Shown: piece by piece, positions 1-9,587 of the stretch
How the letters are laid out: each line of letters begins with the position of its first letter
Numbering within the stretch: the stretch's first letter is position 1
Assembly: GCA_977017575.1 (NCBI GenBank)
Contig: CDRNVI010000138.1
Location: 1 to 64,000 of the forward strand
Reading direction: 5' to 3'
DNA: 64,000 bases
From: Paramoeba atlantica
Taxonomy: Eukaryota > Protista > Discosea
Position numbers and translations under genes: made by a program
The notes under the pieces: generated by a model
What the model was told of the DNA's origin: nothing
The model's input: only the letters and a program-made list of their open reading frames with translations
Databases searched by the model: none

Positions 1-815
1 CCTAAACCCTAAACCCTAACCCCTAAACCCTAAACCCTAAACCCTAAACCCTAAACCCTAAACCCTAAACCCTAAACCCTAAACCCTAAACCCTAAACCC
101 TAAACCCTAAACCCTAAACCCTAAACCCTAAACCCTAAACCCTAAACCCTAAACCCTAAACCCTAAACCCTAAACCCTAAACCCTAAACCCTAAACCCTA
201 AACCCTAAACCCTAAACCCTAAACCCTAAACCCTAAACCCTAAACCCTAAACCCTAAACCCTAAACCCTAAACCCTAAACCCTAAACCCTAAACCCTAAA
301 CCCTAAACCCTAAACCCTAAACCCTAAACCCTAAACCCTAAACCCTAAACCCTAAACCCTAAACCCTAAACCCTAAACCCTAAACCCTAAACCCTAAACC
401 CTAAACCCTAAACCCTAAACCCTAAACCCTAAACCCTAAACCCTAAACCCTAAACCCTAAACCCTAAACCCTAAACCCTAAACCCTAAACCCTAAACCCT
501 AAACCCTAAACCCTAAACCCTAAACCCTAAACCCTAAACCCTAAACCCTAAACCCTAAACCCTAAACCCTAAACCCTAAACCCTAAACCCTAAACCCTAA
601 ACCCTAAACCCTAAACCCTAAACCCTAAACCCTAAACCCTAAACCCTAAACCCTAAACCCTAAACCCTAAACCCTAAACCCTAAACCCTAAACCCTAAAC
701 CCTAAACCCTAAACCCTAAACCCTAAACCCTAAACCCTAAACCCTAAACCCTAAACCCTAAACCCTAAACCCTAAACCCTAAACCCTAAACCCTAAACCC
801 TAAACCCTAAACCCT
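1..815. repeat. Telomeric repeat (CCCTAAA)n, i.e. TTTAGGG on the other strand
   Basis: Continuous 7-mer array from base 1 to about 815 with one variant unit near 14-20. The C-rich strand is at the 5' end, so this is a left chromosome end. Confidence 0.99.
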
Positions 816-899
816 CAACACAAAAGAAAATGAATCCCTTTTGATTTTTTTTATTGTTCATTCTGAGAATAAAAAGAATTAGTTTTTCATTTTTCTAAA

Positions 900-1140
900 T
901 CTTTTCAAAAAAGAAAAAGAAAAAGAGAAAAAGAAAAAAGAGAAAAAGAAAAAAGAAAAAAAAGAAAAAAAAAAAGAAAAAAGGAAAAAGAAAAAAAAAA
1001 AAAAAATGTTTGAAAAAAAGTAAAAAAGAAAAAGAGATGAAGGAAAAAGAAGAAAAAAGAAACAAAAAAGAAAAAGAGAAAAAGAAAAAAAGAAACAAGA
1101 AAAAGAAGAGGAAAAAAGAAAAGAAAGAAAACCTCAAAGA
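900..1140. repeat. A/G-rich low-complexity tract (AAAAAG-like units)
   Basis: Nearly pure A with interspersed G. The overlapping ORFs are poly-K or poly-F artefacts. Confidence 0.85.
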
Positions 1141-2460
1141 ATTGGATCACCGGATAAACCTTGTGAATTCTCTTATCTTTCTCACTTTGAGAAAAATAGA
1201 TTGGTTTTTCATTTCTCTTTCTTAATATAAAAGTGATACATTGAAAAAACCAAAAATCTTTTGATTTCTAAAAGTCTATTTTTCTCATCTTTCAAAAAAC
1301 AAAAACCAAACACAAAAATCAAACAAAAACAAAAAACAAAAAAGAAAAACTTTTTTGTCGAAAAACTAATTTTTATTTTGGGTGCGATTTTTTTTCTTGA
1401 AATTTGGCAAAGAGGTGAAAAAGAATTCAAATGTTCTTGTTTTTTCTTAGTTGTTCAAGCTTCCATCAAGATAAGACCAATACAAATTCAATTCTTTTTC
1501 TTTTTTTCTTCTTCAATCTTATTTTTGGTTTGCATTTGGATCTTTTCAATCAATTTTGGTCATACAATCCTTTTTCTTTATTTTTTTTTGTTTTTTTCTC
1601 TTTTTTGTTGAATCTTTCTCTTTCTCTTTCTTTTTCTTTTTTTCTTTCTTTCTCACAAACAAAAAAGAAAAAAAAAAATTGTTCGAAACAAAAAACCAAA
1701 AAAAAAACCAAAAAAAGAAAAAGAAAATGGCTGATGTGGCAACATTTGATTGGGAATTGGATTTTTTTTTTCTTTTTTGGAAAAGAAAGTGGCGGGTGAG
1801 AAAAAAACAGAAAAACAGAAAGAGAAAAGAAAGAAATTGAAAGAAAAGAAGAGTTGAAAGGTTTGAAAAGATACATGATAGATTGTTTGATTTACCAATG
1901 AACTTTTTTATTCCATATTTCAAGTGAATGTTTTAGTTTGTTATTCTTTTTTTTTTTCTTTATTCACAAACTATTAAAAACAACACTACCGAATCAATCA
2001 TTTCACTTTTCCATACACAATCAAAAGAAAGAATTGAGAAAATCAAAGAAAAACAAAAGGTTTCTTTTTTAGCACACCTTATGCTTCAACATTTTTTGTC
2101 TCTTTCGGATAGAATCGTCACCTTAATCGATTCGATTCGTAAATCTTTCGAAAAAATTCGTTAGTTTTTTGCAATGTATAGGGACTTTGTTGAGTGTGGC
2201 CATCACTCTCTAATAGTTTGGCATTTCTTCATAGAAACAAAAGAAATCCATTACAAAGATGGGGCGGATTATTGTGTTGTTCTTCACAGGGTATTTTGAA
2301 GGAATGCATGAAGCTGATAAAATAACAACATCTTGTATTAGTTTGTTTGTGGGAAAATGTCAGAAAAAGAAAAAAAAAAAGAGACTTTGCACATAGACCT
2401 ATTCTTTGCAGCAGTAGAAACATTTCTGATTCTCTGAATCACCTTCATTCCTCTTTTCAC

Positions 2461-2533
2461 TCATCCAAAAATTGTATATTTTCCATCAAGTCAAGGAGTC
2501 AGAGCAAGTGTAATAAAAAATTGACTTCCTGTG
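2461..2533 (+). mobile_element. Orphan diverged right end of a second P-like element copy
   Basis: TTGACTTCCTGTG (2521-2533) matches the expected right terminus TTGGCTTCCTGTG at 12/13. TCATCCAAAAATTG about 70 bp inside resembles TCATCCCAAAAAAATG about 75 bp inside the right end at 9229. Confidence 0.5.
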
Positions 2534-2739
2534 TGAAATGTTAGAAAAAAACACAGGAAGCCAACTACAGTCAAAAACAGACTGAATTCTTTTTGTGAAA
2601 TGTCAGGAGACACTGCAAATATGAAATTTTTTTGATGATGTTGGCTTCTGAGATTCAGAAAAGATTGAAAAATAAACCCCATTGTTAATCTCTATTTTTA
2701 GAGAAAAAAGGTTGTTGTTCCTTTTTTCTTTTTCACTTT

Positions 2740-4476
2740 ACAAAAATTGTCTTGGTGGTTTGGAACAAACACACTTGGCATTGCCACACTCTTTTACCAC
2801 TGGTAGTTTAGGTTAATTTCTCCACAGTCCTTGGACTGAGGTGAAAAAGTGACCAAAAAAGATTTATACATTAGTACTTTGTTATAAACTTTTCCCTACT
2901 GGCTAGCCAGAGCTTATGCAAGTCTGTGAGAGTCAAGAGTGTTGCAAAGGGGAACCAACAAACAAACAAACAACCCAACAACAAAAAACAACTAAACTCC
3001 TTGTAGATCCACCTTTGAAGCTGTGAAGGTGGTGTGAAGAGGAAAGATGAACAACCACACAGTAGGTTTTTTATTAAGAATTTTTTGAACACTTTTCAGG
3101 AAAAATCTCAAATCTTAAATTAAAAAAAAACAGAAATATTGAGAAACTGAGGAAAACTGGGACAACAAGAAGGGAGGAGGAGAAGGGAAGGCCTCCTTTG
3201 CACCAGAAGCTTTGCATCAGTGTGTATTGTTGTTGAGATCAACATTCTACTAGCAGGTATGTACCCAGCAGTTTGAATGGAAGGATGGAAGAAATAAATT
3301 ACTAAAAATTATTGCAGAGCTCTTAGGAGGAGGGCAGGACTCACAACACTCTCACAACATTCAGAGAGGAGGAGAACACAACCACTACCACCATGGATGA
3401 TGCTGAACAGGTTGGGGATTGCTTTACTAAGTTATTTGGCAAGAAAAAAAAAAAAATGTACACTTTTCTTACAAACCCCCTTTTGCACAGAAAAATATAG
3501 AACTTTTTTGTAAAATACTTTGCCATAAATTTTACGAATTTACTTTGATAGAAGAACCTTTTACTCACCAAAAGATGCTTGATTTCTGTCTTGAAAGTGA
3601 ACCAGAACTGAGGCTTGTTGAAAACAAAAGAGCTGGGTCAATTGGGAGGCACATTGCCAAAGCAGTTGATCAGTTGTTCTCAAGTTCACAGAGAAAATCA
3701 AAAAATGGGAAATATCACTCTATTTGATTTTTGTAAAGGAAGAAACAAAACCTTATTTAAATTTTAAAGATTTCATTTTGAAAATAATTAAGAAGAAGTG
3801 TGAGAAAATGCAAATAGCTTACAATGGTGGTGGTGGTGGTTCTAAGGAGGAGGAGAGTGGAGTAACGATGGAGTGGATGGTTGATCAAGTTATGTAAGAT
3901 TATTTTGCTAAGTTACCAGTCTGTTTTGATGGAACCCCTAAGAAAAATCGCTTGAGAGGACAACTCAAAGAAATTATTGCCTTGAGATTAAGAGAGAAAG
4001 GGATAAAAAAAAACAAACAATGTGGTGGATATTGGTTATTGAGGTGGATTTCAGAGAGAGATATTCTCGAAAGAGTTGAGGAGAGGAGGGAGGAGCAAAC
4101 ACAAGAAGTAGGTTTGACCATGAGCTTCAACAAGGAATAGGTTTTTTGTTTTTTTTTGTTTTGAAGAAAGGAAGGAAGAGAGAGAGGGGAGGGAGGAGGT
4201 TGCAAGAAAAGAAAGGAAAGAAAAGGAAAGAAAACAAAAACTATAAAACAAGAATGAGAAAACTTGGTGGTGAGAGATGGTGGGGGGAGGTGATTAAGAG
4301 AAGGTGATAAAAAATTAAAAACCTTTAAACAAAACTAATGACTTTTTTTTGTGTACAGAGGAGTCCAAAAACTGTACTGTCCAGACAAAACTTGTTATGA
4401 ATTAAAAAAGAACAGGTGGTCCACATTTTTTGAATCCCCTAGAAAAGAAATGCAAGATGACTTCCAATTCCTCCAA
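2740..4476 (+). pseudogene. Decayed spliced coding remnants in the 5' part of the transposon (unknown protein, two weakly winged-helix-like segments)
   Basis: Plus-strand frames read as protein but are broken by TAG/TGA/TAA. Intron-like gaps at about 3062-3131, 4140-4359 and 4477-4595. Segments RAGSIGRHIAKAVDQLF..KNGKYHSI and RLREKGIKKNKQCGGYW. Confidence 0.4.
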
Positions 4477-4584
4477 GTAAGTGTAAAAACAAATTTTATT
4501 TTTGTAAAAAAAATTATAATAATTATAATAATAATAATAACAAGTTTTGATTTTGTAATTTAAGATTCTTTTTTTTAATATTTT

Positions 4585-7500
4585 ATGGTGTTTAGGATTT
4601 CTTTTCAAAACTTGGCTCACAATTGGCTTCAAATTGGAACAAAACAAATTCTCACACAGAAACATTATGAAGTTTTTCATCATGATGATGGTGAATCATC
4701 CACCTCTGTAACCACAGCAGCAGCAGCAGCAGCAGCAGGTTGCACTCCTCCACCTCCATCTTTCCCCTCTCTATTCCCTCCTTCACTTGAACAGAGGAAA
4801 AGCCACCACTCATCCTCATCACCATCATCATTGCCACCACTTCTCTCTAATGTTTTGCCAAAACCTCGAAAACTTTCAGATGGAACTCTTGGCTTGGATG
4901 ATAAAAAAAGAAAGAAATTGATTCTTTCCCTCTTACCTTTGTTTGGTGGACAATTTGTTGGGAAGATTGATGATATTGCATCAGAATGCGTTTCGAACAG
5001 CTCTTCCTTTGATACTGGTCCTGGGATCCTTCGAATTCACAACAGAACGAATGATATTGGAGGGTTTCTTTCACTTGAAAATGTGTCTTGTGTTTTGTCT
5101 TTTAATTCGAATGCAATTGCTCAAACATTGGTTGTTGATCCAAAGTTACATGTGGAATTATGTAATTTATATAAACACTCTTGAAATCTTGTTAAGATTG
5201 ACCATCTTCCTCACCTTTGTGTGGAGTTTTATATTCAAACAATAGATATGTCCACACATCTTGATGAGAAGGAAGTCAAAACAATTGTGGTGATTGATCT
5301 TGGTAATTGTGGTGGATTGGAATATTGGTGGGGTGTGAAAGTGAAAATGAAACCTGAAGATCAGCAGCAGTTTACCTCTGAGAAGATTGAAGAATCTTAT
5401 ATTTGGGAGAAAGCAAATGAGAGTCAGTTTGTGCATCAAGGATTTGTAGAATCATTGCTGAGGAAGGGAAGAGCAATTCTGATATTTCGAGAATACTTGA
5501 AAGGTTTGGTGGAGGAAGGTCGATGGGAGAGAAAGTTGCATCCTTTGGTTGTGAATTGTCTCTATGCAAATGTTCTCTTTTCACAAGCTGTTCAGAACAA
5601 TCTTGCAAAGCAGGATCTTTCACAACAAACATTGAAAGAAAAACCACTTTTGGGAATTTTAGAAGCTCTTTTTCATTTTGTCAACAACACTGTTGTCTTG
5701 AAAGCTGGAGGGTATTCAGATTTGTGGTCTTGTTTTGGGCATGCTCCTTCTAAAGACTTTGTGTTTGGGTTTCTCCCTGAGAAGTTCATTCCACTGAATT
5801 TCTCCAAGGAGGTGAAGCTTAATTTTCCTCTCCCCTCTCAGTTTATGATTCAATGTGGCCTTCCTGGTATTTTATGGTTTGGTGGTTTCCACATAACTAT
5901 AAGGCAGTCAATCTATGCAACCCAAGAGGATGGCCTCATTTCAGTGAAGATCACCTGTGTTGACTCAACTGTGTCTCTCAAATGTCCAATGTTCTCTCAA
6001 AAAAAAAGTTTCAAGGGTGATGTTCAACTTTCTTCTGTTTCTTCTTTTTCTTTTTCTTCTTGTTCTCCAAATGCTTTCTCAAATTTTGCTTCTGAGAATG
6101 GGTGTTGTTTTTTTATTCAGGTCAACAAAATACAACCTTCTTGTTTTGAGAAGAAAAAATCTGTGAATCATAGGCAGTTTTTGTACTTTTTAAATCAGTC
6201 TTCCTTTGCTTGTGATGTATTCAAAATTGTTTGTTTTTGTTTCTTGAAACCATTTTTGATCTTGCAAACCTCCAAATGTCACCTTTCAAGGACGGATGGT
6301 GAATCAGCTGGTTCATTTTGTAGTACAATTATGAATGACCAGGATTTGATCAAATCCCTCCAAAATTCAAGTATGTTTTCAAGAGGAGTTGTTTACAGAA
6401 AATACAATATGAGCAGCCAAGAGCAGACAATAGGTCATGTGTTGGATAATGGTTCAAAGTCATTGAGGTTTCAATTTTTCCATGATGCTGCAACAAGTGA
6501 TGGTTGTAGTAGGTTAATTACCAATCGAAAGAATAACCTTTATAGTGACTATGATTCTGCATTGAAATTCTTGAAAAGGGGTGTCCAACCACCCAAGTCA
6601 GGTTTATTTTTATTTTCTTTTTTTCTTTTTTTTCTTTTTTTTCTTTTTTTTTTTTTTCTTTTTTTTCTTTTTTTTCTTTTTTTTCTTTTTTTTCTTTTTT
6701 TTCTTTTTTTTCTTTTTTTCAAAAAGATTTTGAATTTTAAAAGTTTTTGTTTCTAGAAAAAAATGAAAGAAATATCTTTCTCACTGTTGGCTTGCCCTTT
6801 TCTCCTCATTATCAAGATTTGAAAAAGGTTGTTAAGCAACAAAAACGATTAATTCAAACCCTCGAAGATCAGGTCAAAATGTTGACTCAAAAGTACAATT
6901 ATTTGGCTAGGAATGAATCTTCTCTTCAATCTTCTGTTGTTCTTCAATCACAAAATGAGGATGAGTATCTCCTTGAGTTGGTGAAACAAGCAAATGAAAA
7001 ATACAGCAAGAGTTGGTATCAATCATTTCATTACACCTTCATTGTGCAACAAATGGAGGTATTGACAGCATCTGATGGTCGATCAATACAATAGAACTCT
7101 GATGTTCTCCACTTTTTCTCTTCCATCTTATTTGTTGGTGGGAAGAAGACAATCCAAACTCTGATAGGAGAAGGTTTCCAAGGGCAAGGAAATAAAGGCA
7201 GTTGTTTGTGAATTGATCCCTCGAAATTCAATCTCTTTGTTCCTTCTCTAACCAAGATGAAAGAGTTTCTTCCTCCAATTGATCCTTACTCTCAAGAGAA
7301 TCTTCCACTGAAATGTGAAGTGATTCGAAAAATGTTTGTGCAACGAAAAGAGAATGGGAATTGGAAATATGAAAAATTTCTTGGAGGTCTGGTTTCTGAT
7401 GAAATTGAAATTCAATCAGGGTTGGTGTATCTCTGTTTTTCAAATCGGTTGATTAGTTGTGCTTCTCAAATCTTGTGGATTTCTTCTCTCAGACAAAATG

Positions 7501-7960
7501 ATAGTACTAATTTGGTTGTGAATGATTTGGCAAAGAAAGTGAACCACTTCTTTTTTATCTTGAATTGTAGGACTATTTGTGTTGAACTGGCCTACTACCC
7601 AATGGTGGGCCTTTCTGGAGATGAGTTGTTTCAGCAAGTGGAAAAACTTGAAGGTGCTCTTAAGAAGCAAGCTATTATTGTTACATGAACATCAACAGAT
7701 GGTTTCAAGGGTTCGGGCAAGTATTTGTCCAAAATTAAAAAAAAATCCATTCTCCACATCTTTGATTACATGCATTTGGCAAAATTAGGGAGAAACCAAC
7801 TCTTGAACAAGTGCCTTGACTTTCCTTGTGGTTTATTTCGTGAATTGTCTGCTGAAGAAGAAAGTTCGAACACATCACTGCCCTCCTCACCTCCCTCAAA
7901 ACAAAGAAAGATGACAGTTGATGATGGTGGTGATGTTATTGGGGAAGAAGATGAGGTTAT
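4585..7960 (+). pseudogene. Long N-terminal region plus N-terminal half of a P-type DDE transposase (truncated, premature stops)
   Basis: ORFs 4585 and 5221 share a frame across TGA 5182. Intron 6602-6756 joins them in frame to ORF 6747. ORFs 6747, 7257 and 7725 share a frame across TAG 7092, TGA 7209 and TGA 7686. Motifs LVSDEIEIQSGLVY, LAKKVNHFFF, VELAYY, IVT*TSTDG and HIFDYMHLAKLGRN follow the P-transposase RNase H order. Confidence 0.8.
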
Positions 7961-9127
7961 CTCACCAACCACTTTGGGGGGGATGTTTTATCCCATCAAT
8001 AATGATCGTCAACAAAAGTTCATGGGATTTCTGGCTCTACAGTTCTTGAGAGGAAACCTTCATCATAGAAAATGGTTTATCCAAACTGGGAAAAGTTTCT
8101 CCGAAAGTTAATTCTGAATGGAGGGAAAGTCTTGTCCCTTGCCCACAATAGTCAGACTTGTGATGAAAATGCTTTGAGGTGTAACATGTCATGATTGACA
8201 CAAGAACATAATTTCCTCAACTCATCTGTTGTATTTGGGGATATCAAGTGGCTTGTCAAAGCAAAACATCCAAGTGATAAGCTCTGGTCTGTGTCACATC
8301 TCTGTGGTGTCTTTGGAATTGATTACACTGGAGACAAAATTCCTGTTTCCCAGCTATCAAATAGTGGTCACCAACTCTGAAATACACAGACCTTTTATCA
8401 CAACGCATTGACAGATTCAAAGATGCAACTCCAAATTTTGCAAAAACTTCTTTCAGAGCCACCGAAAGAATCACTTTCCACTTCATCATCATCTCAACCT
8501 TTGTCTTCATCCTCCTCACCTTCATCATCCTTGCCTTCATCCTTGTCTTTGCCATCTTCCTTGCTGCCTCATTCCTCGTCATCTTTGTCTTCATCCTCCT
8601 CACCTTCATCATCTTTGCCTTCATCATCATCATCTCTGTCTTCATCCTCCTTGCCTTCATCATCATCTTTGCCTTCATCATCCTCCTTGTCTTCATCCTC
8701 CTCACATTCATCCTCCTCACATTCATCCACACCTTTGTCCTTACTGTCCTTGCCTTTATCCTCCTCACCTTTGTCATTATCCTCACTGTTGCCTTCGGTG
8801 CCCTTGCCTTCAGCATCCTCCTTGTCTTCATCTCACATTTCCTCAGCTTTTTCCAAGTCCCTCTGCAAATTTTTTCAAAAGTATTTTGAGAATGCATTGC
8901 TTTCATCATGAAAAAAAGTCTCAAAAAAACAAGACAATCCAAGAGAATCAATGGTGGTGAAGAAAAACAGCCGGGGGAAAGGGGGAGGTGGGGGAGGACA
9001 AGGAAGAGGAAGAGGGCTAGGAAGAGGAAGAGGAAGAGGAAGAGGAAAAGGAAAAGGGGATTCAGGAGAGAATCCTGAAACAGCTGGAAGTAAAAGAAAA
9101 AGGTGAGGAGGCAAAATAAATTCTTGA
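7960..9127 (+). pseudogene. DEDDh-type 3'-5' exonuclease domain followed by Ser-rich and Gly/Arg-rich tail (premature stops)
   Basis: After a frameshift near 8000 the frame reads KVHGISGSTV..WEKFL..VLSLAHNSQTCD (ExoII-like, 8141-8164), SVSHLCGVFGI and HNALTD (ExoIII-like, 8399-8416). It stays in frame through TGA 8192, 8378, 8909 and 9104 to TGA 9125-9127. ExoI was not found. Confidence 0.7.
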
Positions 9128-9275
9128 TTTTTTGACTTCATTTTTTTTTTGTCATCCCAAAAAAATGACATTTCAAAAAAAGAGGGTGTCCTGTTTAGAG
9201 GTCTTTTTGCAGGTAGTTGGCTTCCTGCGGAAAAAAAAAAGCAAAAAAAAAACAAAAAAAAGGCAAAAAAAAATT

Positions 9276-9541
9276 CGTCGGAAGCAGGATTTGAACCTAC
9301 GCCCCGTTTCCAGGATGTGATTTCTAGTCACAAAAAAAAGAACGAAAACAACCAATTTGGGGTATCAATAATTTGGCTAAATTTAGCCAAATATCTAAAA
9401 GTTCGCCAATTACGGTGACGTCACTGAAATTGGCGAACTTTTAGATATCTGGCTAAATTTAGCGACGATTTTACATCGATTTTTTTCTTCAATTTCACTC
9501 ATCAAGAAAAAGTACGTCTTAGACCACTCGACCATTCCGAC
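9276..9541 (-). tRNA. tRNA-Ser(AGA): tRNA-Ser(AGA) interrupted by a 182-bp insertion between D-arm and anticodon stem
   Basis: 5' part 9541-9515 is GTCGGAA TG GTC GAGTGGTCTAA GAC G. 3' part 9332-9276 is TGTGA CT AGA AA TCACA TCCTG GAAA CGGGG C GTAGG TTCAAAT CCTGC TTCCGAC G. Joined they give an 84-nt cloverleaf with all stems paired, a long variable arm, G73 and a downstream T-run. Confidence 0.92.
9376..9463. repeat. 88-bp near-perfect palindrome (3 mismatched pairs) inside the tRNA insertion
   Basis: GCTAAATTTAGCCAAATATCTAAAAGTTCGCCAATT-ACG-GTGACGTCAC-TGA-AATTGGCGAACTTTTAGATATCTGGCTAAATTTAGC. A nested perfect 22-bp palindrome ATTTGGCTAAATTTAGCCAAAT lies at 9371-9392. Confidence 0.97.
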
Positions 9542-9587
9542 TTCTCTTGTGTTTGTTCGTTTTTCTTGGTTTCTTAAGAAAGAAAAT

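Larger units (their letters stand above)
2552..9229 (+). mobile_element. P-superfamily (P element/THAP9-like) DNA transposon, 6678 bp, decayed
   Basis: TIRs CACAGGAAGCCAACTAC (2552-2568) and GTAGTTGGCTTCCTGCG (9213-9229), 16/17 identical. 8-bp direct repeat GAAAAAAA at 2544-2551 and 9230-9237. Subterminal inverted motif GTTGGCTTC at 2640-2648. Internal transposase motifs SDE (7398), STDG (7698) and DYMH (7764-7775). Confidence 0.85.

Noticed and set aside
895-1923. ORFs next to the telomere, including MADVATFDWELD at 1726
   Set aside because: Poly-K/poly-F translations of A/T tracts. The ATG context is gene-like, but no recognisable protein or spliced continuation could be built.
2285-2290. 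CACAGG as the left end of the orphan P-like copy
   Set aside because: Only 6 bp match the TIR, and the flanks (TTGTTCTT vs TGAAATGT) give no TSD.
8256-8951. 231-aa minus-strand M/K/R-rich ORF
   Set aside because: Antisense shadow of the Ser-rich repeat tract. The plus frame links the exonuclease motifs to the downstream tail.
4585-9127. Alternative genetic code (TGA as a sense codon) to explain the in-frame stops
   Set aside because: Host genes end in TGA (POLE 20536, HAD 29019, SSR3 29258, ISCU 31534, PSMD6 42223, MAF1 46937) and their long exons have no internal TGA. The element also has TAG stops and a frameshift, so CGA>TGA decay is simpler.
2552-9229. Endogenous giant-virus or Polinton insertion
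   Set aside because: No capsid, packaging ATPase, pPolB or integrase motifs were seen. TIR, 8-bp TSD, P-type motifs and spliceosomal introns fit a cut-and-paste transposon.
9333-9516. Spliceosomal intron within the tRNA (GTACTTTT resembles local donors)
   Set aside because: There is no AG at the 3' junction, and using that GT would delete tRNA position 26.
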